DNA from: Candidatus Sumerlaeaceae bacterium
GTDB lineage: Bacteria > Sumerlaeota > Sumerlaeia > Sumerlaeales > Sumerlaeaceae
Assembly: GCA_049968255.1 (NCBI GenBank)
Contig: JBMFRB010000008.1
Location: 32,001 to 96,000 of the forward strand
Direction: 5' to 3'
Length of the DNA stretch: 64,000 bases
Made by a program: the position numbers and the translations under genes. Each line of letters begins with the position of its first letter. Positions within the stretch are counted from its first letter, which is position 1. The notes under the pieces are model-generated. The model was not told the origin of the DNA and did no database searches. It saw only the letters and a program-made list of their open reading frames with translations. Of this stretch, positions 52,846 through 62,948 are shown piece after piece.

Positions 52846-54453
52846 ATGCAGCTAGCAAGGGTAAAACTGGTCAATATATTTTTATGTGCATTTGATAACT
52901 TTTTAGCGACCGCACGGACCTGCTACTCCAGCAAAGGTATTGTAGAACCCGAAGCTGTGAGGCTGCCCGAGCATGGCCCGCAGGAGGAGAAAGAAAAACT
53001 TCTGGCACGCAATCGGGCCTTGGCACGAAGCCTTTACGAGGCTGGGCATCATACGACACTCCAGCATACCCATGTGCAATTTGCCTTGGAAGGTGTCTCG
53101 CGTCAGTTCATTTGGAGCTTTCTTCACTCGCATCCCTTCTACAATTCCGAGCAAGTCAGCCAACGCTACGTGGCCGCCGCGCCTGAAAGTTTCTACATAC
53201 CGGCGAATCTCAGCGAGCCTGCCCAGCGACGTTACCAGGAGGCCTTGCAGCGGCGCATGGAAGATTACGAGGCGCTGTGCAAGATTCTGGAAGAGCCCGT
53301 GGCAGGCGAGTACTATCAGCGTTTTACTGGGAGGCGCGGATCGAAACGCGCTGCCATCGAGATCCGACGCAAGGCCCAGGAAATTGCGCGCTATGTGCTG
53401 CCTGTGGCGGCGCTCGCCTACCTCTACCACACGGTCAGTCTCGTTACATTATTCCGTTATTGGCGGCTGGCCAACGAGTTCGACACACCAACCGAACAGC
53501 GCGACGTTGTGGGGGCCATGATCGAGGCCGTGCTCGAGAGAGAGCCGGAGTTCCGCCACATTCTCGAAGATCCGCTACCATTGGAAGAGACGCCCGAGTT
53601 CGCGTTTTTTGCGGAGCGCCGCGAATACGCGTTTTTTACCGCGTCGCGTCGCTGGGAAGTTGATGCAGAAAATGCACGGCAGTTTATCGAAGAATTTGAC
53701 CGCGAACTAGGGCCCCTGTCGAGCCGCCTCGTGGACTTCGGAAGTCGGAATGAGCAGGTGATCGCCGATGCCGTGCGCGACGTGCTCGCCATGCCAAGCT
53801 CGCAGCTCGACGACGACACCGCTATTGAACTCGTCCTCAATCCGGCACGCAACCCGCTCATGGGCGAGGCGTTGAATTTGTCCATGCACTCGAAACTCGG
53901 ACGCGTGCTTTTCCATGCCCGCTATACCTTTCGCAAAAAGCTAAGCCATGTTGCCGATTCGCAGGATCAGCGCCACAGGCTCACCCCAGGATCGCGTCCG
54001 ATTCTCATGCGTCACTACACGGGAAGGCCCGATTACTACTTGCCGCCGCTGGTGGCCCAGATTCCGCAGGCACGCGAGCTATACGAGCGAGCCATGCAAG
54101 AGCAGTGGGAGATCATGAATGAGCTTCTCGCGGGAGGAGAAAGCGCAGAGGATGTTTCGTACTTGCTGCCGAATGCGGTGAACATCCGGTTCACCGAGTC
54201 AGCTGACCTCGTCGGCCTGCACCACAAAATGGCGATGCGGTTGTGTTACAACTCCCAGGAGGAGATATGGCGGGCCTGCCTGGAAGAGGCAGAAGCCATC
54301 AGCCGCGTGCATCCACGGATTGGCCGATGGCTTTTGCCACCCTGTACGCTGCGCAAGCAAGCTGGACACGCACCGTATTGTCCCGAAGGCGAACGGTTCT
54401 GCGGAGTAGCAGTGTGGCGCCTCGACAGGTCGGCCTACAAACGGATGATCTGA
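52846..54453 (+). CDS. thyX: FAD-dependent thymidylate synthase (ThyX-like) with tandem domains
   Basis: ARTCYS, GHHTTLQH, GVSR, EQVSQRY, ARYVLP in domain 1; QRHR, YLLPNA, RLC in domain 2. Confidence 0.8.
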   Translation: MQLARVKLVNIFLCAFDNFLATARTCYSSKGIVEPEAVRLPEHGPQEEKEKLLARNRALARSLYEAGHHTTLQHTHVQFALEGVSRQFIWSFLHSHPFYNSEQVSQRYVAAAPESFYIPANLSEPAQRRYQEALQRRMEDYEALCKILEEPVAGEYYQRFTGRRGSKRAAIEIRRKAQEIARYVLPVAALAYLYHTVSLVTLFRYWRLANEFDTPTEQRDVVGAMIEAVLEREPEFRHILEDPLPLEETPEFAFFAERREYAFFTASRRWEVDAENARQFIEEFDRELGPLSSRLVDFGSRNEQVIADAVRDVLAMPSSQLDDDTAIELVLNPARNPLMGEALNLSMHSKLGRVLFHARYTFRKKLSHVADSQDQRHRLTPGSRPILMRHYTGRPDYYLPPLVAQIPQARELYERAMQEQWEIMNELLAGGESAEDVSYLLPNAVNIRFTESADLVGLHHKMAMRLCYNSQEEIWRACLEEAEAISRVHPRIGRWLLPPCTLRKQAGHAPYCPEGERFCGVAVWRLDRSAYKRMI

Positions 54454-54503
54454 GTTTTGCACTTGCTTGGGACGAAGGCCGGCAAGCGGGCGAAAGCAAA
54501 GCC

Positions 54504-55505
54504 TCAACGTGTGGGAGAGAGGGGATTTGCGCTCGTCGGCGCAGCTGGCTCATCGATCGTTATGGGTTGATCTCCTGCGAAGACAAAAGTCAAGGAGGTC
54601 CACACAGAACGATTTCCCCACTCGGGAGGAAGCGGACCGAGATTTTCAGTTTTTCTCAACGCGTCGAGGGCGCACGCGTCGAGCCGTGGCACACCAGTCG
54701 ATTTCACTACGCGAATATTGCGGATCGTGCCGTCGGGCGTGATCTCCCACTCCAGCACGCACGTGAGATTTGGGTCATTGACGTCCGGCGGAACCGTGAA
54801 GTTCGACTGAATTTTCATGCGAGCACGCGTAGCGTAAAGCATAGATAAGCGTGATTGTGTGTGGTCTAAGGGAAGCGGCGCTCCCTCCACTCCCTCTGGA
54901 ACTCCGGGCACGCCAACTTCTTCTTCGGCGGCAGCCTGGCGCGGTGTGGCGCCAGCAGGTAAGCGCCGGGGAAGATCGAGATTCCGTGTGCCACGGGAAG
55001 ACTCCGAACTACCGGCACTGGTCAAGCGCGTGCCGGTGGGAGAGGGTCGTGCTGCCTGACGGTTTGATCCGCGTGCTGTGGCGGCCGGTGCATTTGTGCG
55101 GCGTGGCGGAGTGGCCGATGGGCGTGGCGTACGCCGGCTGGCCGGCGGGCTCTGACTTACCGATGGGCGCGGCGAGACAATGATTGTGTTCTGAGGCGTG
55201 GGAGTAGGGCGCGGCGTGAGTGAGGGAGGCACGATTGAGGGCGTGGCCTCCGGCGTTGCGGGCTGCTGGGACGTTTGCGCGTGAGACGCCGATGCTGCAG
55301 ATTCTTGAGCCTGCTTCGAGGCCAGCAGGGCTTCTTTGGCGAGCTCCGGCGTGAGAACGGCATCCATGCTTGTGCCTTTAGGAAGAATGACAAACCGCAT
55401 TCTGTCGCCGCGAGGATGAGGCAAGGCATACGTTATGATCATGAGCAGCCCGAGCAGGGTGCCGTGGATCGCGAAAGAATACTTCACGTAGCGATGGAGA
55501 CTCAT
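54504..55505 (-). CDS. TonB/TolA-like energy transducer
   Basis: N-terminal TM with S..IH, Pro/Thr-rich spacer, C-terminal TonB domain (ITPDGTI..STG..LD..AL..PLP). Confidence 0.85.
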   Translation of the reverse strand: MSLHRYVKYSFAIHGTLLGLLMIITYALPHPRGDRMRFVILPKGTSMDAVLTPELAKEALLASKQAQESAASASHAQTSQQPATPEATPSIVPPSLTPRPTPTPQNTIIVSPRPSVSQSPPASRRTPRPSATPPRRTNAPAATARGSNRQAARPSPTGTRLTSAGSSESSRGTRNLDLPRRLPAGATPRQAAAEEEVGVPGVPEGVEGAPLPLDHTQSRLSMLYATRARMKIQSNFTVPPDVNDPNLTCVLEWEITPDGTIRNIRVVKSTGVPRLDACALDALRKTENLGPLPPEWGNRSVWTSLTFVFAGDQPITIDEPAAPTSANPLSPTR

Positions 55506-55984
55506 TGGCCACGGGGGGCCGGACCAGTTGTCGCGGCCGTTGGCGAGTTTGGGGGCAAAACGGGCTTGGCTTCGATGGGAAGCGCGAGCGATTCGATGCC
55601 GGCACGGCGGATGGCGCTGACAACTTGAACAAAAATTTCGTAGGGAAGGTCGCGATCGGCCTCGATCTCCACAGCAGGATGTCGGCCCTGCTGCTGTTGA
55701 AGCCGGAGCCGCGATTCGATCTCTTCAAGGGTGGCAGGCTGGTCGTTAATGTAGTAGGCCACCGAACCGTTTCTTGGCTTAGGGATTGCAATCGTGAAGA
55801 GCTGAGTTTGATTCTGCTCGAGCTGCGGCGCCCCCTCGCGCAACGTCGGTAAATCAAGCTCGATACCATACTTGAGCGACGGTGCGACGATGATGAAAGC
55901 AATGAGCAAAACAAATGTCACATCGAGCAGGGAAGTGAGATTAATCTGGGCGATGGGAGCCAGATCTCTGCGGTGGCGACGCAT
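55502..55984 (-). CDS. ExbD/TolR family protein
   Basis: INLTSLLDVTFVLLI, ADRDLPY. Confidence 0.92.
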   Translation of the reverse strand: MRRHRRDLAPIAQINLTSLLDVTFVLLIAFIIVAPSLKYGIELDLPTLREGAPQLEQNQTQLFTIAIPKPRNGSVAYYINDQPATLEEIESRLRLQQQQGRHPAVEIEADRDLPYEIFVQVVSAIRRAGIESLALPIEAKPVLPPNSPTAATTGPAPRGQ

Positions 55985-56724
55985 CAGCGCACCTCCGGCG
56001 AGACAGAAGAAATGATCTGCTTCATGATGACGTTAGCCAACTGAAGCGCGAAGCTGTCCATTTGGCTTATTAAGATAGCAATCTTGTTTGTAAAATAGTT
56101 ATAAAAGACCGAAGCGGGAATCGCCGCGAAAAGCCCTGCAATGGTGGCCGTGAGAGCGGTGGCCATGCCGGGCGCAAGAGCCGACAGAGCAGCAGATCCG
56201 GAACGGCTAAGCGCCTGAAATGCACCAAGCACACCCCACACGGTTCCGAAAAGCCCAATGAAAGGCGCAACGTTCGAGGTGGTTGCCAAAAAAATGAGAT
56301 AAGATTCGAGGCGGCGAATCTCTTCGTTGATCGTGCGTTCCAGCACACGCTCGAGGCTCGTGCGCGCCGCAAGCAGTAGCTGCTCGGGGCCAAGGCGGGA
56401 ATCTGCGTACCAATTCTCCAGCTGCATTTCGAGATAAGCATCGCGAAATATCTGAGCCAGGGGGCTCTCCGGGTAGCGCTTGGCCAGTTTAAAGGCTTGG
56501 TCGAGGCTACCCGTAGTAAGACACTTCTTCATGAATGCTTCGGATTGGCGGCTGGCAGCCGAGAGGCTTACGAACTTATAAAGGATGATTGTCCAGGACA
56601 TGATCGAAAGAAGGAGGCAGGCCATGAGGCAAATGATGCCCATGAAATCGCTGTCAGAAATCGCTTGGAACACATTAACATGATTAAAAGCGATTCCGCC
56701 CAGTGTGATCGGAAACTGAATCAT
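55984..56724 (-). CDS. TolQ/ExbB proton channel
   Basis: APFIGLFGTVWG, ALTATIAGLFAAIPA, YNYF. Confidence 0.93.
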   Translation of the reverse strand: MIQFPITLGGIAFNHVNVFQAISDSDFMGIICLMACLLLSIMSWTIILYKFVSLSAASRQSEAFMKKCLTTGSLDQAFKLAKRYPESPLAQIFRDAYLEMQLENWYADSRLGPEQLLLAARTSLERVLERTINEEIRRLESYLIFLATTSNVAPFIGLFGTVWGVLGAFQALSRSGSAALSALAPGMATALTATIAGLFAAIPASVFYNYFTNKIAILISQMDSFALQLANVIMKQIISSVSPEVR

Positions 56725-56850
56725 TCGAGCGACCTTCTTTCCCGCGCAGGGGCGTCTGTTGCTGTGTGCCAAATGTGCATTGTTGCCAGAGCTAAATTTC
56801 CAAGTTCTGCCGGCGAGGTGGCATCTCCTCGGGAGTTGGGCAACTGCTGC

Positions 56851-57780
56851 TCATTCTTCCTGAATTCCCATGGCTTCCTTGATGCGATCCAGTTCATCGA
56901 GAGAGGTAAAATAGATTTCGACCTTTCCTGAATTGGTTCCCGACATCGAGATTTGCACTCTGCAGCCAAGGATTTCCTCAAATCGGTTTCGAAGCTCCGC
57001 CAATGCGGGTGCGTCAGTGGCAGCTGACCGACTTGTTCGAGCTTTAGGACGTGAGGAACGCGAGAGATGGTGTTGGATTTTGTTTTCGAGCTGACGAACG
57101 GAAAGTCCGCGACGGAGCGCGACTTTGCACCAGTGGCGTTGCTCCTCCGCTGTGGGAAGAGTAAGTAAAGCACGAGCGTGGCCTGCGGACAGGCGACCGG
57201 CTTCGACGTGGGCCTGGATGTCTTCAGGGAGATTGAGAAGGCGCAGGGCGTTGGCGACGGCGGGACGGCTTTTGTCCACGCGGGCAGCCACCTGTTCCTG
57301 CGTCAAGCCAAAATTCACCATGAGGGTGTTATAGGCGCGCGCCTCTTCGATCGGGTTGAGGTCCTCGCGCTGAAGGTTCTCTATGAGAGCATACTCGAGA
57401 GATTCGCGTTCGGAGACCTCTCGAACGATGGCAGGAATAGTTTCGAGACCTGCTCGCTGGGCAGCGCGCCAACGGCGCTCCCCGGCGATGAGGACATACC
57501 GGACACCTCGTTGGCTCACCAGGATTGGCTGGAGCACCCCATGGGAACGGATGGAGGCGGCAAGCTCTTCAAGCGCTTCTTCGGAAAAATGCAGTCGCGG
57601 CTGTTGCGGGTTAGGCTGAATCGCGGTGATAGGGATTTCTTGCACGAGCTCGCCGAGGGGAGAACTCTCCTCGTGGGGTGCAGTGGCCGCGGCGACGATG
57701 TGTTCGGTCGCCGCGTTAGCTCCCCTGTTGGGGAGGAGTGCGCCGAGACCTTTACCGAGTACGCGTTTTTTCGATTGCAT
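56851..57780 (-). CDS. parB: Chromosome partitioning protein ParB/Spo0J
   Basis: LGKGLGALL, PNPQQPR, AGERRWRA, ENLQREDLNPIEEA, SAGHAR. Confidence 0.97.
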   Translation of the reverse strand: MQSKKRVLGKGLGALLPNRGANAATEHIVAAATAPHEESSPLGELVQEIPITAIQPNPQQPRLHFSEEALEELAASIRSHGVLQPILVSQRGVRYVLIAGERRWRAAQRAGLETIPAIVREVSERESLEYALIENLQREDLNPIEEARAYNTLMVNFGLTQEQVAARVDKSRPAVANALRLLNLPEDIQAHVEAGRLSAGHARALLTLPTAEEQRHWCKVALRRGLSVRQLENKIQHHLSRSSRPKARTSRSAATDAPALAELRNRFEEILGCRVQISMSGTNSGKVEIYFTSLDELDRIKEAMGIQEE

Positions 57781-58522
57781 GGATAACCTCCTCTGCGAGC
57801 GCAATGTAATTCTGTGCGCCTGTGGAACGAAAGTCGTAGAAAATGATAGGCTTACCGTGGCTGGGAGCCTCGGCAAGGCGCACGGATCGGGCGATAGGAG
57901 TGCGAAAAACTTTTTGTCCGAAGTGCGAGCGAACCTCGGCCATCACGGCTTGGGCGATATTCAGGCGCCCATCGAACATAGTCATAACGATCCCGAGGAT
58001 AGCGAGAGAGGGGTTGATCGAGCCGCGGACGCGCTCGATGGTATCGACGAGAAGCGAGAGCCCTTCGAGAGCGTAGTATTCGCATTGAACAGGGATAATG
58101 ATGGACTGCGAAGCGGCAAGGACGTTCAGGGTGAGGATGCCCAGCGAAGGCGGGGCGTCGATAAGGATATAGTCGTACTGACGAATCAAAGGGGCCAAGA
58201 CGTCGCGAAGGCGGTACTCGCGGTGCGCGAGGTCAAGCAGCTCAATTTCAGCGCCGTAGAGATTGGGATCAGAGGGAAGGACGGCGAGGTGTTCTACGAA
58301 GGTCGATCGGACGACCTCGGCCACGGAGGCAGAACCTACGAGGGCGTCGTAAATGGACGGAGTTTCCTTCGCGAGGCCAACGGCTGACGTGGCGTTGCCT
58401 TGGGGATCGGCGTCCACCAGGAGCACGCGGCGATGAGCCGCGGCCAGGCAGGCCGCTAAATTCACTGCCGTCGTGGTTTTCCCGACACCTCCCTTTTGAT
58501 TGACAAATCCTATGATTGGCAC
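57752..58522 (-). CDS. parA: Chromosome partitioning ATPase ParA/Soj
   Basis: NQKGGVGKTTT, DADPQGNAT, DAPPSLG, QCEYYALEG, LAEAPSHG. Confidence 0.97.
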   Translation of the reverse strand: MPIIGFVNQKGGVGKTTTAVNLAACLAAAHRRVLLVDADPQGNATSAVGLAKETPSIYDALVGSASVAEVVRSTFVEHLAVLPSDPNLYGAEIELLDLAHREYRLRDVLAPLIRQYDYILIDAPPSLGILTLNVLAASQSIIIPVQCEYYALEGLSLLVDTIERVRGSINPSLAILGIVMTMFDGRLNIAQAVMAEVRSHFGQKVFRTPIARSVRLAEAPSHGKPIIFYDFRSTGAQNYIALAEEVIHAIEKTRTR

Positions 58523-58620
58523 GGCGCAAATTCCTTTGATAACGGAGAGCCTTGAAAAGAGTCACAAAAGCTTGGGCTAATGACGCTCGAGAGTTTGGGC
58601 AAGGGAAAAAGATGCAAAAA

Positions 58621-58677
58621 AGTTTCACGTGAAACAGACCGAGGTATTTCGGTTACTCTCCTGTTTCACGTGAAACA
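58621..58677. promoter_or_regulatory. Two parS centromere sites
   Basis: AGTTTCACGTGAAACA (58621-36) and TGTTTCACGTGAAACA (58662-77), directly upstream of parA. Confidence 0.95.
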
Positions 58678-58702
58678 TCGCAAATCATCAATCCGCGTCA
58701 CC

Positions 58703-58969
58703 TTACTCACTGCCGGAGCCATTGGCTTTGGTCTCAGAGTTCGACGGCGATTCACCGGATTTCTTCGCCGATGATCCGTTGCCACCGTTGCGCTTGTAGT
58801 CCGTAATGTAAAAACCAGAACCCTTGAAAATCAGGCCGCTTCCTGCACTCACAAGACGAGCAAGACGTCCCCCACATTTCTCGCAAATCGTCTTCGGCTC
58901 TTCTGAAATCCTCTGAAAGAATTCGCACTCTTGGCCGCAGCTCTCGCACACATACTCGTATGTCGGCAT
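58703..58969 (-). CDS. FmdB-family zinc ribbon protein
   Basis: MPTYEYVCESC...CEKCGG...FKGSGFYITDY; GGAGG RBS. Confidence 0.92.
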   Translation of the reverse strand: MPTYEYVCESCGQECEFFQRISEEPKTICEKCGGRLARLVSAGSGLIFKGSGFYITDYKRNGGNGSSAKKSGESPSNSETKANGSGSE

Positions 58970-59085
58970 TGCTAACCTCCTTTGTCGCGAACACCTGATT
59001 ACACACTTGCATAATATTTTTACACTTTCCTATTCATTGCCTATTCGAGCTAAGACAACTTTGAGCCCTTCTGCGAGGTAGCCGG

Positions 59086-60564
59086 GTGAGTCGTCTTATG
59101 GTGATTGGAACCGGACCGCTTTTTGGCCCGGATGTGACCTTTTTCAGCGGCCAGGCGCATCGAACCTGGCATATCGCCCAGGTTCTCGTACGCCACGGTC
59201 ATGAGGTGGATCTCGTCGTTCTGCAAGTCGAAGGCGATGCAAAAAAGGATCCTGCATTGCCACCGCTCTTGTCCGCACACCGGGAAGACTTCACCTACCA
59301 CACAGTCAACGCGGCGGAACCCACTGAAATCTTGGGGATTCTCTCGGAACGCCTTCGCCGAACACAACCCGACGCCATTGTTGGCGTCAACGTCAACGCA
59401 GCTTACTTGACCTGCCAGTTGCCCACGTGGGTCCCCATTTGGGCCGATCTCTACGGACACCTCATGGGTGAGGCCCAAGCAAAGTGTCTCCGCGATCGAA
59501 GCGATCGACTCCTCTCGCACTTTTGGCAAAGGCAACGTATGATCCTGCGACGCGCGGATCGCTTTTCCACCGCCTCATTACGCCAGAAGCTCGCCACCCT
59601 CGGCGAACTAGGCGCTGTCGGGCGACTCAATCAATTCACGGCAAGCTATCCCTTTGTCAGTGTCATCCCCAGCGCGGCAAGCGAAGAATATCTCGCCCTG
59701 TCCGATTCCGGCTACGTTTATGAATTCCGGGGCACGGAGTTTCCGCGAGATGCTTTCGCCGTGCTCTGGAGCGGCGGCTTCAATACCTGGACAGATCCAG
59801 TGGGGCTCGCAGCAGCACTCTCGCTGGCCATGGAGCAGCTTTCGCGTCTGCACCTTGTCGTCACCGGCGGGGCCATCCGCGGCCACGATGAAAAAACATT
59901 TGCCGAATTTCAACAATACATGGAGGAAGCAGGTTTTGCCGACCGCTGCCACTATCTTGGCTGGATCGAAGGCCGGCGCCTGCTCTCTCTTTACCGCGAT
60001 GTTGACCTAGGGCTCAACTACGATGCAAAAATCTACGAATCGCTTTTCGGGGCGCGCACACGACTCACGAATATGATGGCGGCAGGATTACCCATCCTCA
60101 CAACCGTCTGCACAGAAATCACCGAAATTATTGAAACAGAAAAACTTGGCTATGCCGTGCCGGTTGGCGACATCCAAGGTTATGCGGACGCAGTTTTGCG
60201 TGCCTACCACGACCCGACCGAACGCGCGACCTATGCCCGCCGAGCGCGTCGTTACGTCAAACGTTATTTCTCCTACGAAGCGACAGCCGCAGATCTGCTC
60301 GAATGGGCGCAACAGCCGCAACTAGCGCCAGACAATGCCCAGAAGAGACATCGATTCCCTGAGCAGAGTGGTCCTCGAATGGTGGCCCTCAATCCCCTCG
60401 AAGAAGAGGCCATGTGGGCCGAGTTCCAAGACATTCGAGAGCTCGCTCACTTGGCCCATTGTTATCAAAACTTGCAAAAGAAGTTGGGCTATCGTGCCTG
60501 GAAGACTTTCCAGCGGTTCCTGGGTCTCGAAAAAAGCACAAGTCATAAAATAAAAGACAAGTAA
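59086..60564 (+). CDS. Glycosyltransferase, GT-B fold (GT4-like)
   Basis: GHEV N-terminal motif, MAAGLPIL, C-terminal FSY helix; start uncertain (59086 or 59098). Confidence 0.72.
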   Translation: MSRLMVIGTGPLFGPDVTFFSGQAHRTWHIAQVLVRHGHEVDLVVLQVEGDAKKDPALPPLLSAHREDFTYHTVNAAEPTEILGILSERLRRTQPDAIVGVNVNAAYLTCQLPTWVPIWADLYGHLMGEAQAKCLRDRSDRLLSHFWQRQRMILRRADRFSTASLRQKLATLGELGAVGRLNQFTASYPFVSVIPSAASEEYLALSDSGYVYEFRGTEFPRDAFAVLWSGGFNTWTDPVGLAAALSLAMEQLSRLHLVVTGGAIRGHDEKTFAEFQQYMEEAGFADRCHYLGWIEGRRLLSLYRDVDLGLNYDAKIYESLFGARTRLTNMMAAGLPILTTVCTEITEIIETEKLGYAVPVGDIQGYADAVLRAYHDPTERATYARRARRYVKRYFSYEATAADLLEWAQQPQLAPDNAQKRHRFPEQSGPRMVALNPLEEEAMWAEFQDIRELAHLAHCYQNLQKKLGYRAWKTFQRFLGLEKSTSHKIKDK

Positions 60565-60630
60565 TATTACCTGTCAACCGTATCACGCCAGGGCTTTCGA
60601 GGTTGAGAACTACGAAGTTAGCTGCCTGGT

Positions 60631-61578
60631 CTAGGGAATGGAAATCCGAAACCGCTTCGCCTCGAGCTCGCCCAGCCGGCTATCAGCCTCAACGGTCTGC
60701 TGAACAAGCACTCCCGCCATTGTCAGGGGACCCGTACTCGTCCTGCTGTTTCGTTTGATTTCAAACGTCACCAGTGCTTTGTCTGTGAATAAGCTGAGTG
60801 ATTCGTTACCCACTCGCACCACTTTTTTTGGACCTGTGATCTCGGGCACTGTCGCAGTGACCCCTTTTGGCGGAAGTGGGAAAAATGCTAAGCCGCGTCC
60901 CTGCTCGGAATCTTCAGCGAGGATTTTCTGATTGGCACCCGGCGGAAGCACCTCCAGTCGAACCTTGACACGATCTCCCATTACGGTTGATTCAACCCTC
61001 AGGTTTTTCGGTTGGCCTTCTTTCGGCACACGGCGCCTAAACTTGTCGATCATATCCTTATCCGGCGAAGGGGACGCAGGGCCAACCGGAATGGTAAGCT
61101 CAAATGTTTGACGGCCGTCGCGGCATTCCTCGGCCTGGCACATGAGCCAACGGCCTTTGGCTCGCAACGTCACTTGGCGGGCGTCGGGTTTGAGCGCCAC
61201 ACGCGGAACGTGGGCGAGCAGAACTGTCTCCTTTTCGTAACCATAGGAAACGACGTTCCCAGCCCCAATAAACTTTATCGGAACAGGATACAGAGTTTCC
61301 GGAGATGTGGTGGAAACATCGGCGAGATCCCACTCGATCTTCGTGGCAAATCCTGAATCCCCAGGATTTTCCCAGTAGATGTGCCACCCCGGCTGCAGCT
61401 GGATGTGGATGCCAACCCACAGCTCCTCTCCGGCTGCGACGGCCGATTTGTCCACAATCATCCGGGCGTTGAGAGGCGATTCTTGGGCCGAGGCCCCTCC
61501 AAACAAAGCCAAAGTCGCAAGCGCGACAAGCAACCAGGGAATGGTTTTCTTCAAGTTAGGCTGGTAACGATCGTGCAT
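60631..61578 (-). CDS. Exported DsbD N-terminal-domain protein
   Basis: GWHIYWENPGDSG, YGYE, C-x4-C pair (CQAEEC); signal peptide; start uncertain. Confidence 0.82.
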   Translation of the reverse strand: MHDRYQPNLKKTIPWLLVALATLALFGGASAQESPLNARMIVDKSAVAAGEELWVGIHIQLQPGWHIYWENPGDSGFATKIEWDLADVSTTSPETLYPVPIKFIGAGNVVSYGYEKETVLLAHVPRVALKPDARQVTLRAKGRWLMCQAEECRDGRQTFELTIPVGPASPSPDKDMIDKFRRRVPKEGQPKNLRVESTVMGDRVKVRLEVLPPGANQKILAEDSEQGRGLAFFPLPPKGVTATVPEITGPKKVVRVGNESLSLFTDKALVTFEIKRNSRTSTGPLTMAGVLVQQTVEADSRLGELEAKRFRISIP

Positions 61579-61698
61579 CACGCCACATAACCTCACAGTC
61601 AAGTTCTTGCCGCTACGGCGCTACCAAATGGCAGCTTCGCAACGGAGTAAGCCATGGGTCACTATGTACATTCTTGGACTTCGCTTGCGCAGAAAAGT

Positions 61699-62946
61699 TC
61701 ACGTGTTGCTTGAGTTTTCCGTGCGCACCGGTCTAATTTCGATAATAGTGGGTGCATCGAGGTATTGCCGGGCAACTTCGCGCACATCTTCTGCGCAAAC
61801 CGCTTTCAGGCGCAGCGGATACTCGTGGTCCATCTGCCAGCCGAGACCATTCATTTCGTACGAGCCGAGGTAGAACGCGCGTGCCGAGTTCTTCTGGTGA
61901 GAAATGAGATATTTTCCCACCAGGTAGTTTCTCGTTCGCTCAATTTCATCGTCAGGCACAAGCTCCTGACAAACCTCCGAGAGCAGTTGAAGCATAAGTT
62001 CCCGAGCCTCATCGAGAGACTCGGGTTTCGTTCCAATCGTACCAGCAAGATATCCCCCGCAGCGAAAGGCAGCGAGGTGACAGCTGGTTGCATAGGCAAG
62101 CCCCCTCTCATCGCGCAATCGAACAAAGAAACGGCTCGACATTCCGTCGCCGAGCACCCCGGCTAACATGCGCAACGGAAAGAAATCACGATGGGTAACG
62201 GGGCAAGCAGGGAAACCTAGCACAAGATAGGATTGCTCCCACTCCCGACGAATAACACGCAGCTCGCCTTTATGATACGAAGGCGATGGGCAGACAAGGC
62301 GGGGCTCTCCCGTTGCTTTCGAAGCGGATCTCTCCAGGATTTTCGCTAATGAGGAAGGCTCGAAATTGCCAACGCATACCACCAAAGCCTGATTCCAACC
62401 CACGACGCGATTGTAAAGCTCTATTACTTGCTCAATCTTGAATTCGGGCACGGTTTCCAGAGTCCCAGGAACCGGAATGCCATAAGTGGAGCCGCCGAAT
62501 AACGTTTCCGCAAAGGCCCTCATCGCAAAGGTTGCTTTATCGTCGAGTTCCTCGCGGATGGCAGCCAAAGTTGATTGGCGTTCTTTTTCTATTTCGTTTG
62601 GATCGAATCGCGGGCTCTCGATTGCTTCGAAAAAAAGTTCGAGAGTCGGCTCCAAGCAGTCACTCGTGCACACCAGACTGGCTGTGGAAAAATCGCGATA
62701 AGCCTGAAACGAAAGGGATGAGCCAAGAGATTCCACGGCTTCCGCGTATTCCGCTTGCGAGCGTTTTTGCGTGCCTCGCAGGAGACAGCGCCACATAAAA
62801 TCCGTAATCCCCGCTTGCGCGGGCTGCTCGAACACCGATCCATAAGGAAAAAACGCCGACAGTGCGACGATGTTATTTGTGTCGCACGGGGCAAACAAGC
62901 AGCGTGTTCCATTCGCAAGAATTTGCTCTGTACAAGTTTCCCGCAT
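61699..62946 (-). CDS. M16 family peptidase, non-catalytic subunit
   Basis: RGT, GMSSRFF..LRDERGLAY; HxxEH replaced by DFMWR. Confidence 0.88.
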   Translation of the reverse strand: MRETCTEQILANGTRCLFAPCDTNNIVALSAFFPYGSVFEQPAQAGITDFMWRCLLRGTQKRSQAEYAEAVESLGSSLSFQAYRDFSTASLVCTSDCLEPTLELFFEAIESPRFDPNEIEKERQSTLAAIREELDDKATFAMRAFAETLFGGSTYGIPVPGTLETVPEFKIEQVIELYNRVVGWNQALVVCVGNFEPSSLAKILERSASKATGEPRLVCPSPSYHKGELRVIRREWEQSYLVLGFPACPVTHRDFFPLRMLAGVLGDGMSSRFFVRLRDERGLAYATSCHLAAFRCGGYLAGTIGTKPESLDEARELMLQLLSEVCQELVPDDEIERTRNYLVGKYLISHQKNSARAFYLGSYEMNGLGWQMDHEYPLRLKAVCAEDVREVARQYLDAPTIIEIRPVRTENSSNT

Positions 62947-62948
62947 CT

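Noticed and set aside
58621-58677. Direct repeat with a spacer, resembling a mini-CRISPR
   Set aside because: Only two 16-bp palindromes, which match the parS consensus and lie next to parAB; no cas genes.
61699-62946. M16 peptidase lacking HxxEH as a possible pseudogene or novelty
   Set aside because: Tandem active/inactive M16B pairs are a well-known arrangement.
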